From assembly GCA_040285745.1 (NCBI GenBank), contig JAUFOR010000002.1:310001-374000 (forward strand): 64,000 bases of DNA. Reading direction: 5' to 3'. Positions within the stretch are counted from its first letter, which is position 1; every line of letters begins with the position of its first letter. Made by a program: the position numbers and the translations under genes. Shown piece after piece: positions 29,362 through 39,023 of this stretch. This DNA comes from Barthelona sp. PCE. Its lineage: Eukaryota. The notes beneath the pieces were generated by a model. The model did no database searches and was not told the DNA's origin. It saw only the letters and a program-made list of their open reading frames with translations.

Positions 29362-30540
29362 ATGTCTATACTTGTTAGATATGCCGAGATCAGGGACCAC
29401 TTGCAATTAAACAATTTGGAAAATGTGAATAAGGATGCGGTCAATGAACTGCTTACATGTTTATTGGGACTTTTTGAGGAAATACACGTGTGCAGGAGCG
29501 TTTTACTGGATGAATTTCCTTCACTTCAGATATTTTATGATTGTGTTAAGTGTATAGAACCGTTTATTCATTTATTGGACAATTTTTGTGAGCAAAACTT
29601 TGAAATTGTCAAGGAAAAAAATCTCCCTAAGCATATTCAGTTGTCTTTTGCAACTTTAATGACAAAATTTGATCCCAAACACATTCTGCAGCGTTTCCAA
29701 AAATTCACATCACTTGTTGACACTTTAAGTCGACATTTTACAATATTAGAAGATGGAAAATCGTTTTTACAGGGTTATGTATCCACAATAGTACCAAATC
29801 TAAAAGAATTACTGGGTGCTAAAGTGTCAGTTGATCTGCTAATATTTGGTGGTGGTCTTAACAGTCTTGCAGAAATATCCCACTTAGGATACGAGCACAT
29901 TGGTGTAGATTACGCAAACTACAAGGATTCAACAGTTCTAAATCACTGTGGAGTTTTATATCTATGTGATATTGTTCAAGCAGTGAATCAGAGTCAGAGA
30001 AGAAAAGTTTTAAGGATGGTTTCAGCCAATACAATACATGCTGTGAGGATGGACTCAACAAATTTAACAGATTTAACATTTATTCAAAAAAGAATCGAAA
30101 AAATCAACAAAAAAGTATTGCAACTAAATGAAAAAACAATAATACACAAGAAACCACTTGATATCCCTGGCAAAAAGACGAGATCTAGGGGTGGAAGACG
30201 TCATAGAAAGATGAAAGAGAAGAAACGACAATCTTCGGCTCAGAAATTACAAAATATTATGCAGTTTGGTAGAAAAGAGGAAACCATAGGACTCACTGGC
30301 GTGGGTCTGGGTGTTCTCGACCGCACAGAAGTTGTTGAACAACTTGCTGTTAGAGCAGAAAAAAAAACATACTTTAATCCAAGTCTCATCAAAAAATCAC
30401 TGGATAATGATGATCATGTCAAAGCTAAAGCAGGTTCGAACACGTTCTCGTTCATACCTGTGAAAAACGATCCTAAAACGACTGATATGTACAGCAATCA
30501 AAACTCTCATGTGTTAAACTTGCTAGCGCAGGATTGGTAA
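29362..30540 (+). CDS. PRP31: U4/U6.U5 tri-snRNP protein Prp31, divergent
   Basis: IVPNLKELLG (Nop domain), KPLDIP..RSRGGRRHRKMKEK, KLQNIMQFG..EE, GVGLG; first in-frame ATG at 29362. Confidence 0.85.
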   Translation: MSILVRYAEIRDHLQLNNLENVNKDAVNELLTCLLGLFEEIHVCRSVLLDEFPSLQIFYDCVKCIEPFIHLLDNFCEQNFEIVKEKNLPKHIQLSFATLMTKFDPKHILQRFQKFTSLVDTLSRHFTILEDGKSFLQGYVSTIVPNLKELLGAKVSVDLLIFGGGLNSLAEISHLGYEHIGVDYANYKDSTVLNHCGVLYLCDIVQAVNQSQRRKVLRMVSANTIHAVRMDSTNLTDLTFIQKRIEKINKKVLQLNEKTIIHKKPLDIPGKKTRSRGGRRHRKMKEKKRQSSAQKLQNIMQFGRKEETIGLTGVGLGVLDRTEVVEQLAVRAEKKTYFNPSLIKKSLDNDDHVKAKAGSNTFSFIPVKNDPKTTDMYSNQNSHVLNLLAQDW

Positions 30541-30849
30541 CTATTTTGATTTATCCTTAGCAATGAGGCTGTTCGTTGTTAATGATAAAGTTCTTGTTTT
30601 TGCATGTAAACGTCTTGTTGATACAAATTTTCTTGAAGAATTAACTTCTTCCTGCTTTTTTTCAATTTGATCTTCCTCACCATCGTCAGTCTTTTTCTTA
30701 CCGAAAAATCTGCTAAAGCGTGCTTTAATACGAGTTTTTAAACGTGTAAATTCTGGACTCTTCAAGAAACCAATCGCGATAAGTGATAGTATCGTCAGCT
30801 GAATGATCTTAAGCACCCTTTTGAACGTAGATATGCTTTTAATTTCCAT
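30541..30849 (-). CDS. Small single-TM basic hypothetical protein
   Basis: 102 aa, N-terminal hydrophobic segment, stop codon abuts the Prp31 stop. Confidence 0.55.
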   Translation of the reverse strand: MEIKSISTFKRVLKIIQLTILSLIAIGFLKSPEFTRLKTRIKARFSRFFGKKKTDDGEEDQIEKKQEEVNSSRKFVSTRRLHAKTRTLSLTTNSLIAKDKSK

Positions 30850-30875
30850 GAAAAAAGGAATTAAATAATAAACGT

Positions 30876-33800
30876 TTATTCCAAGGGCTGAAGAATTTCA
30901 AAAGCACCTGTACCAGTTTTAATGGGCATACCAACTGAGATAGAACCTGAGGGAGAGAAAAGGGAATCTCTATCATGACGAAGAGCGCATTCACTAATAA
31001 ACTTGACAGAAGTTTCAAATGTTGCTTTTGTCATTGGAGATTGTGTGTTACCAATACCAATTCTATTGAAAGCTCTGTAATCACCACCAACTGTAATGTA
31101 ATCAGCCAACAATGAAAGATGACGGTAATCAACGGTAATACCATAAGCTGAGAAAATTGAGGAAACTTCCTTAATAATTGCGTTACGACAAGCTTCAATA
31201 CCAAACACTCGACGAATGTAATCAACATCATTTGAATCAACATCAGAAAGTTCGAATAAACCTGTGTTAATGCCAATTTGGAATGCAGCTTCCAGATTAA
31301 TACCCTCCGTCTGCACAAATAAACCTTCAGGCTTGTTGAAAATGTAACTGTTTGTGATACCAGGCACCTGCGACACTGCAATACTCATGGCTGCCTCTTC
31401 ACAAAGAGCAACAGCGAGTAAGCGTGGCACATGTAATGGCAAAGCGATACGGAATGCAAAAGTATTGCCCTCCCAACCTGCATCAGACAAGTAATCGGTT
31501 GCATGAGTGTTTTTCTTCTTCTTGGGCTTCTTCTTTGGTTTCTCCTCTTCCTTCTCTTCTTCCTCATTGATAATCTCATCATCAACATCTTTCTCAGTGA
31601 CGACATCATCTTCCGTCTCCTCATAGTCTCTGTTACGGGATTTTTGCAGTGATCCTGCTTCCTCACCCATATCCTCATCATCGGACTCCATCTCTTCATC
31701 AAGCACACGACGGCGCTGAGATTCTGTAGTGGCAATAGCCTCTGATGTGAAAGATATGTTCATACGTCTGAGTATCACATCAATCTGATGACATACCTTG
31801 CGCTGATATTGCACCAGGGCGGATTGCATGGCATCCTTATTGTCTTCGGGTAGGTCGGCAAAGTGAACCTGTATGGTGTAGACACGAACACTTCCGTTGG
31901 CCGAACCCTCCACTGTTTGTACGACTGTGAGATTCTTCCACAGTGTTGTAAGCATTGTGGGGCGCAGGATCTTGGCGACACGCTCTGCGTCCTCCATCTC
32001 ACCTGACTTGATGTGAATCGACATGTTTGGTGTCTTAATTACCTTGGCGGCAGTCATAACGATTTCACGCAAACGAGGAATACCTAATGTGACGTTAACG
32101 GCACCGTGACCAGCAAGATGGAAGGTATTCAGGGTCATCTGTGTTGAAGGCTCACCAATAGACTGACCAGCAACAATACCAACTACTTCTCCAGGGTCAA
32201 CAAGGCACTCCTGATAGTTCTTCATAAGTGAGTATTTGAAATGTGCCTCTTCCTCCTCATTACTAAACTTAACACTGTTTGTAAAGTCTTCAACATCCTT
32301 GAAGTAGTTCTCTGAGCAAACACCAATCTTCTTGTAAGGGTTCTGTCTGTTTAATAGTGGTGTCTTCTTCTGAACCTTACCCTTAATATTACGCAAGTAA
32401 ATCTTACGCTGTTTCTTCTCAATTGATTTATAGGACTTCATCTCTGACTTGGATACGTTAAGATCAAGGTTGTTCTTAAAGAAATCGAATTGTTTAAGAT
32501 AAGAAATGCGTGTAGTATCAAGACCATCTTCACCATACAAGAACTGCACAATGTTGTTGTTAAAATCGCGAACGGAACCATCGTAACTGACACTGATGCC
32601 CTCCATTGCCTTGATAAGACAACGTTGAAGGTAACCTGACACCGCAGTCTTGACCGCAGTGTCAACCAATCCCTCTCGACCAGCCATACAATGGAAGTAA
32701 TAATCATAAGGCTTCAGACCGGTAAGGAACCTGTTAAAGATGAAACCACCTGCGCGTGAATCCGTCTCCATTGGTTGGAAGCATGGCAGTGTCTTACCCG
32801 AAAGCATAACGGGAACTCTACGACCCTCAAGAGCCTGCTGTCCCAAAAGACACATAATCTGCGAGAAGTTAACCTTTGAACCCTTTGCACCAGACACAAC
32901 CATGGCAGCGAAGTTGTTTTGGGGGAACGGGAATATTTGACCAGTTGAGAACATGTCCTCAATTACATCTGTTGTTAGCTGACCGTTCTTTGCCTGATAT
33001 GCGCTATCAAGCTTCTTGTGGATGCTCTGATCGCTGAAAACGTGCATAAGGGCTGCGTCAATCTCTGAGCGACCGGCCATCTCTGATACACCGAGCTCAT
33101 TTGTGAGGAACTCTCGAGCAACCTCCTCTCCCGATACGTCTGTTGCACCTGCAATGTTATGCCTGTTCTTGTTTGATTGTTTGGTAACAATAAGGTCACC
33201 AATACCGACTGTGAATCCCTTCATCTGAAGATATTTGGTGAGGACACGACCAAGACTGCTGAGCAGTGCCCCTGCAGAGTTGGAATCGTAATACTGATGT
33301 ACGGCATGGACCATACCATAATTTGAGGCACCAATCTGCGACTTACCAGCAATACCAGTGAGGAGTTGTGAGTCGCGAATGATGACGTGACTTTCATGTT
33401 CGTAACCGACACCCCATACGCCCACAGGGATCTTGCACTTGGAGATGTTGTTCAGCTTCTTGCCGTGCTGCTTAGAGATATGCAGTAAGATAGCTGAGAT
33501 AACTTGCTTACCAGTCCAACGTCTCTCAGGGAACATGATGGCGGGCTTGGGAAGGCTAATACGTGCAAACCTGCTGAAGTTGGAATCGTAAGACATACAA
33601 GCCTCAACAACAAGCGTCTTAAAGTGCTCAGCATCAAAGAATGTGTCCAGCTTTGTGAGCAACATACCTGCCACGATATGATCAAGCACCAGACCACGAA
33701 GCGGTGAGCTGTCTGTCTGGGAAATGTACTGAAGATTAGCGTTGGCCAAATGGAGACCTTCAGTTCTTGAGAGTTGATCTTGCAGGTAGTGTAGATTAAT

Positions 33801-35606
33801 CTCATCGCCATCGAAGTCCGCATTGAATGACTTACAGTTTGCATAGTGCATACGGATCGTCTTACCCTTGTGGATGACGCGGCCCTTTGCTGCAAGCATG
33901 GACGCTTTGTGTAGTGTAGGTTGGCGATTAACCAACAACGGGTCACCATCACATAAATGACGGTAGACACGCTTAGGAACAGAGTTAGGTAGCTCACTGT
34001 CATGTAGGGTATCTGTGCGTGTTGTAAGACTCTTTGCAAGCTGCAAACGACGATCTTCCGAGCAAGTACCCAAGTTATAGAGTCGACCGTTTTGATCTTC
34101 GACGTAATTGGCACCAGGATACGTCTCGGGACCGTTGATAACCATCTGCTTGAGCTGTTCCTTGTTATGGGGGTTAACAGGCTCAGGGAAAGAAAGTTTC
34201 TTTGCGAAATAGAGAGGTAGACCAATTTCATTAACAGCAATGTATGGATCGGGTGAAATAACAGAACGAGCTGAGAAATTAACTCTCTTACCCATCATGT
34301 TCATTCTGAACAAACCTTCCTTCTTCTCAAGGATCTGTCTGATACCGTTGGGAGCATCCTTACTGTGGTTGTTAGCTGAATCAAACCAAGAGTTCATGGC
34401 GAGCTGTAACTCAGAGTACTTCTCGTTAAAATCCAGATAAAGGTTGCGATAATCTTCGTTTTCATCAATATTAATACTGGCATCCGGATTTGTTTCATCC
34501 AGTAACGATCCCTCCAGCTTGTGGAGCTTTCTGATGGTTTCATTAAGGTTGTAATTGATACCCAGGATGGTCAACAATTGCTGATTCTGTGCATGTTCAA
34601 ATGATTGTCCGTCAAAAAACGATGGAGGTCTGAATCGATTTGGCGGAACCAAGAGCTTGTGAACAAAAAATGTTGATGATGTAACACGTTTAAAACGATT
34701 CAAATTCTCATCAAAACTAGAGAAAAACATTGAAAAAATATCAGCTTCATTCGATAACAAACGCTCAAAACGTTCCTTAACCAACGGGGGTGTAAGGATT
34801 TTTCCCTTGTTCGCACCACCAACAACAGTTACTGTTCCATATGCTGGATCAGGAGAAATATTCTTGGAACGCATGCGCTTCAGATCATCAACGTTATATT
34901 TGAGACGAAGCTTGCACCGTTGTTCGGCTGTGATCTTGTGGGCTGAACAACCGCAACTAGCACATGTCTTTGTGTCTGTGATTGACCAGAAAGCACTGAG
35001 AATTTCTCGTTGTTCCTGGACAAGGTGATAGTTCGAAATATCTTTGGGGTTGAAACCAGGGGTCTCGAACTTTTCATGTGCACGTTCTTCGAGCTCATTT
35101 AATATCTCATTGATATAATCATTATTAAACATAACGTCTTCACTTTCATCCTTCGATTTAGCAACACCTGCTGTAGGAAGAGTGTCAAGAATAGCGAGTT
35201 CGTCAACGAGCCCTGCGTGGATGAGCTTCATCTTCACGACAATGTGACGAATTGCAATAGGAGAAGCTCTAAAATGAAAACAATTTAAACACATTCCTTT
35301 CATACATCTCACAAGTGTAGAGAGTAGGAATGGGTTGTAAAGTGGTGTGTTTGAGAAATCTACGTGCCCACAGTGACCCTCGCACTCGAAATACCCCTGT
35401 TGACACGTTTCGCACACTTGATTCACATCAAAAGCTCCCATACGCAAGTCATAAAGTGAATTCTTGTTGGGCTGCTGTAAGGAATTGAAAATAGTGGGAT
35501 TACTGATCTGTACTGTAGAAATCCTTTCGATCTCTGATTCTGTCATATAACTGAAGTCTATGCTATCGACATCGTGACTGATCTCCTTTCGGAACAACTT
35601 TGACAT
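30876..35606 (-). CDS. RPA1: RNA polymerase I largest subunit
   Basis: NADFDGD active site, LEKKEGLFRMNMMGKRVNF, NRQPTLHK, TLNTFHLAGHGAVNVTLGIPRLREI, acidic insertion; no CTD. Confidence 0.97.
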   Translation of the reverse strand: MSKLFRKEISHDVDSIDFSYMTESEIERISTVQISNPTIFNSLQQPNKNSLYDLRMGAFDVNQVCETCQQGYFECEGHCGHVDFSNTPLYNPFLLSTLVRCMKGMCLNCFHFRASPIAIRHIVVKMKLIHAGLVDELAILDTLPTAGVAKSKDESEDVMFNNDYINEILNELEERAHEKFETPGFNPKDISNYHLVQEQREILSAFWSITDTKTCASCGCSAHKITAEQRCKLRLKYNVDDLKRMRSKNISPDPAYGTVTVVGGANKGKILTPPLVKERFERLLSNEADIFSMFFSSFDENLNRFKRVTSSTFFVHKLLVPPNRFRPPSFFDGQSFEHAQNQQLLTILGINYNLNETIRKLHKLEGSLLDETNPDASINIDENEDYRNLYLDFNEKYSELQLAMNSWFDSANNHSKDAPNGIRQILEKKEGLFRMNMMGKRVNFSARSVISPDPYIAVNEIGLPLYFAKKLSFPEPVNPHNKEQLKQMVINGPETYPGANYVEDQNGRLYNLGTCSEDRRLQLAKSLTTRTDTLHDSELPNSVPKRVYRHLCDGDPLLVNRQPTLHKASMLAAKGRVIHKGKTIRMHYANCKSFNADFDGDEINLHYLQDQLSRTEGLHLANANLQYISQTDSSPLRGLVLDHIVAGMLLTKLDTFFDAEHFKTLVVEACMSYDSNFSRFARISLPKPAIMFPERRWTGKQVISAILLHISKQHGKKLNNISKCKIPVGVWGVGYEHESHVIIRDSQLLTGIAGKSQIGASNYGMVHAVHQYYDSNSAGALLSSLGRVLTKYLQMKGFTVGIGDLIVTKQSNKNRHNIAGATDVSGEEVAREFLTNELGVSEMAGRSEIDAALMHVFSDQSIHKKLDSAYQAKNGQLTTDVIEDMFSTGQIFPFPQNNFAAMVVSGAKGSKVNFSQIMCLLGQQALEGRRVPVMLSGKTLPCFQPMETDSRAGGFIFNRFLTGLKPYDYYFHCMAGREGLVDTAVKTAVSGYLQRCLIKAMEGISVSYDGSVRDFNNNIVQFLYGEDGLDTTRISYLKQFDFFKNNLDLNVSKSEMKSYKSIEKKQRKIYLRNIKGKVQKKTPLLNRQNPYKKIGVCSENYFKDVEDFTNSVKFSNEEEEAHFKYSLMKNYQECLVDPGEVVGIVAGQSIGEPSTQMTLNTFHLAGHGAVNVTLGIPRLREIVMTAAKVIKTPNMSIHIKSGEMEDAERVAKILRPTMLTTLWKNLTVVQTVEGSANGSVRVYTIQVHFADLPEDNKDAMQSALVQYQRKVCHQIDVILRRMNISFTSEAIATTESQRRRVLDEEMESDDEDMGEEAGSLQKSRNRDYEETEDDVVTEKDVDDEIINEEEEKEEEKPKKKPKKKKNTHATDYLSDAGWEGNTFAFRIALPLHVPRLLAVALCEEAAMSIAVSQVPGITNSYIFNKPEGLFVQTEGINLEAAFQIGINTGLFELSDVDSNDVDYIRRVFGIEACRNAIIKEVSSIFSAYGITVDYRHLSLLADYITVGGDYRAFNRIGIGNTQSPMTKATFETSVKFISECALRHDRDSLFSPSGSISVGMPIKTGTGAFEILQPLE

Positions 35607-35635
35607 TGTTTAAAATCAATCTGCAATGCAAAAGA

Positions 35636-35647
35636 AAGTTGAAAAAG
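35636..35647 (-). promoter_or_regulatory. Candidate initiator-like element CTTTTTCAACTT (representative)
   Basis: 30 nt upstream of the RPA1 ATG; similar CTTTTCAAC/CTTTTCAC upstream of several other ATGs. Confidence 0.45.
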
Positions 35648-35921
35648 TGTTTCCAATAGATTATGTTAATTTAGGATGTAGTATGGGCTGTTTACACGAG
35701 AGAAATGAAATAACATTATGCTTATATAGTGCGATAACGTTCATGCGATATAGAATCCTTTGAACAGTAGAATACATATAGATTCTGGCTATTCTTTTGG
35801 CATTATGACATTAAACCTAAATTTTGAAGGTGTTAAATGTGAATAAACTATCAGGATAGAAGGTATATCTCTGCTTTTGCATTCTCGTCCATTTCATTCT
35901 CTACTTACGATTGTAGCAACA

Positions 35922-36461
35922 ATGCGTTCCTTTTTCGCCGTTTTTGCATTGCTTACCCTGATTTCATTGGGCTTTTCTAACGCAATTAATGTATCAGATG
36001 ATCCTGCTGCCGTGGTCATCACAGAGCCTAAAGAAGCCACCACAATCTTCGAAGGTTCCTCCTACACGTTCAAGTGGCAGTCTGAAACTCCCGTTAACGC
36101 ACGTCTTGATCTCGTATTAGTTGAAAAAACTGGTGCTACTCAGATCATTCGTACTGTTAATGTCAACGATGTTCAAACATACCCTTTCACCTATTTCTTC
36201 AAGTATGATGATGATTTATTGAAGCATTACAAGCATTATAGATTTGATGTCACAGTCAAAAACAGTGATCCTCCTTTGACTGTTCATTCTCCTCTTGTTG
36301 AACTGAGAAACATCAACAGAACACCACTTACCTTCCAGTGGATTGCTGTAGTTATCGGTATTCTTGTAACTATCATCATTTTGTGGGCTGGAAAACCAAA
36401 GCCCGTAAAAAACGAAGGTTACGATGGAGGAGTGAGCGATCAATTATTGGCCGACCATTAA
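35922..36461 (+). CDS. Type I membrane protein with a single Ig/Kre9-like ectodomain
   Basis: Signal peptide, ITEP...GSSYTFKW motif, one TM, short tail ending SDQLLADH. Confidence 0.65.
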   Translation: MRSFFAVFALLTLISLGFSNAINVSDDPAAVVITEPKEATTIFEGSSYTFKWQSETPVNARLDLVLVEKTGATQIIRTVNVNDVQTYPFTYFFKYDDDLLKHYKHYRFDVTVKNSDPPLTVHSPLVELRNINRTPLTFQWIAVVIGILVTIIILWAGKPKPVKNEGYDGGVSDQLLADH

Positions 36462-36727
36462 CAGTAAAAAGATAGTCCTAAACAACAGTTCAAACTTGGT
36501 ACGAAGATTTTCACCCTTTTAAAGCTAGTGTGTATTTAAATATCCATCTTTATGCTTTAGAATTGCAAAATCGATGAATTCGGAGTAGTACTGGCATTCT
36601 AGACTAAACTTTTTTTAAAACTTTATGTTTTTTCTTAAGTAATCCACTCTTTAAAGTTCACATTATTCTCCAATACTTATTTTATTCTTAATTATGCACT
36701 TTTGACTACCAAACAAACATGTAAAAT

Positions 36728-38581
36728 TTATTGATATCCACTCTGATTTAGACTTCTAATGAGTGCTTGTCTAACAATGGGCTCCTTCCTTAACACCTCC
36801 ATTGCCTCTTCTAACGTGAAGAGATTACTGGCTCTTAACAAAGCAATTGGAACGATACTTTCAACTCCAGAAGCAGCTTCAACGTAATTCTCAACACTCA
36901 AATCATTAGGAAAGTCTGTTCTGCGATAGATGCTCTCCAACAAACACCGCCTAGATTCTTTCTCTTCCAATTTTGCAATCTTTGAAATAATGCCAATTGC
37001 TCGATGGAACAACTTCTTATTTGATATCCTCAGATCAACCATGAGGTTATGGAATACCTTGCCTGACTGGATGTGACCAGCTGTTGTTATAGCATTTAAG
37101 ATTAGTTTTAATGCAAATGCACTAAGCTCACTTGTGTTTTTATCAAGACCAAATTCTTTTAGTGAATAAACGATAGTTTCTGATGGTAAATCCATGGCAG
37201 CCTCAAGTTGGATGCTGGTTTCTCCTAAACTCATACCATTGTCTGGTGAAGTAACTTGAATTGCCTCAAAGGGAACCATTCCATTTAATGCATTCTTAAA
37301 AGACTTCAAACGACGTTTATGTTCATCATTGACAAGCATTATTGAGTAGTGTAATGCTTCCATCTCCTCCAGCCTTGTCTTAATTGAAAGAACCTCTTGA
37401 GATAGGCTTTGGAACCCAACAAACAAAACAACGTCACGTGATGATAAATTGTGAATAACAACATTGGTGAACTCACTGAGATCAATACGATAGTAATAAC
37501 CACTGTTTTTGATCTTATTCCAGTGCTGTGAAGCTTGTTCTTGAGATTCAAACTCTGGATGCGCTGATGTAAAGAAATCGAAACCTTCCTCAATGAAACC
37601 ACGTACAGTATCAAAACGAGCTCCGTACGTTGGTGGGCATTCGGAAGCATCAATGACACCAACACAACCGCTTAATCCAGAACCTAAATACACTAATCTA
37701 CCACCATAACGCAACGCTGTGACAACCGAGTCAATGATCTCACCCAACAATGTATTTTGGGAGTATGCCGCATACATGGCATCTGCATACTTTAAAATAC
37801 AATCCCTAACGTTAAGTACAGGATTCAAAACACAATGGAAAACCGTCTCCAATATAATCTTCGTAGCACTACCTCCCTTCATACGGGTAGAACCTGTAAT
37901 CGGCTCGGGGCCAACAACTGGTGTCAGGGGAACAAACATGGGATCGTTGTTATCCAAATTCATCAATATATCCTTGATAGTCAAATCATGACAATCAATA
38001 TATGTGTCTCTAGCTAAAGAAATTGGGCTAAATCCGATAAGAGCCTTGATTGCACGCTCATCATTTGCCAAAAAGTGCAACTGTGAAGCAACATAAGTTG
38101 CACTGAGGCCACAAGTGATACCAACATACAAAAATGTGTGATACTCATCAAGACGAGATCTCAACATTTTAATGTCGTCAATTGCGGTTGTTCCATCATC
38201 TTCAGCGTTTTCTTGTGCTTTGATCAATGCACAATCACCCCCTGCTATTAAATAAGTACAAATAATATAATCACTCAAACCTTTTTCCATCAAATAATCA
38301 TTGAACGTGGCCGAACACATAGCTGCTATTCTTCCTGAAGTGCCAGCTCCCGAAAAACATATCAACAATGGCTTTTCCTCAGATACCCCTCGTGTGTGAA
38401 CTAAACCGACAAGGCGCTCCATTTCATTCAGAAAATCAGCATCCAATAGCGAGTCAAACGATTCAAAGCCCGTAAACATCTGTGCATCACTCTGCCGCAG
38501 TTTTTTTAATATTCCTATCGATGTATCTACGTCAATGTCGCGCGTGATTGTGTTGGACCTCTCCGTTAGAGGTATATTCAT
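36728..38581 (-). CDS. Glucokinase regulatory protein-like / MurQ-related tandem SIS protein
   Basis: PLTERSN, SGAGTSGR, YLIAGGD, GITCGLSA, GPEPITGSTRMKGGSATK, DASECPPTYG, NLMVDLRISNKKLFHRA; 617 aa, similar in length to GKRP. Confidence 0.9.
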   Translation of the reverse strand: MNIPLTERSNTITRDIDVDTSIGILKKLRQSDAQMFTGFESFDSLLDADFLNEMERLVGLVHTRGVSEEKPLLICFSGAGTSGRIAAMCSATFNDYLMEKGLSDYIICTYLIAGGDCALIKAQENAEDDGTTAIDDIKMLRSRLDEYHTFLYVGITCGLSATYVASQLHFLANDERAIKALIGFSPISLARDTYIDCHDLTIKDILMNLDNNDPMFVPLTPVVGPEPITGSTRMKGGSATKIILETVFHCVLNPVLNVRDCILKYADAMYAAYSQNTLLGEIIDSVVTALRYGGRLVYLGSGLSGCVGVIDASECPPTYGARFDTVRGFIEEGFDFFTSAHPEFESQEQASQHWNKIKNSGYYYRIDLSEFTNVVIHNLSSRDVVLFVGFQSLSQEVLSIKTRLEEMEALHYSIMLVNDEHKRRLKSFKNALNGMVPFEAIQVTSPDNGMSLGETSIQLEAAMDLPSETIVYSLKEFGLDKNTSELSAFALKLILNAITTAGHIQSGKVFHNLMVDLRISNKKLFHRAIGIISKIAKLEEKESRRCLLESIYRRTDFPNDLSVENYVEAASGVESIVPIALLRASNLFTLEEAMEVLRKEPIVRQALIRSLNQSGYQ

Positions 38582-39023
38582 TTTGTATGGAATGGTTGGG
38601 AAAAAATAATACAGAATCTTTCACGAAATATCTAGTTAAACACTACAAATGCATGTAAAAATGAGCTGAAGGACCACTTTTGATGTTTTTAAGCGGTCAT
38701 CAGCTAATTGTGAGTTTCCCATTCTTGATAGTAGTGCAATCCATTTCTCCTTCATAATTCGTATTAGAAGATAAATTTACATAAACACCGTGGAAATGGA
38801 TATATTATCCTCTTTACCACTAAATAAGCAAAAAAACTTAACACCGGTATTCATTCTTAGCTATTAAACTCTCAAAAAATTTTTAAATTGAGCTGAAAAG
38901 GATATCTAGAGATGTTTAACTTGAAATACTACCATGAATCATGCACATCATTATAAATGTGAGCATTACACACATTCTCACCCTACTCCAGTTCATATAT
39001 GAGATACAGTGCTTAATCACATA

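Noticed and set aside
31031-35098. Many alternative-frame ORFs inside RPA1, up to 262 aa
   Set aside because: No recognisable motifs; expected from codon bias within a long conserved gene.
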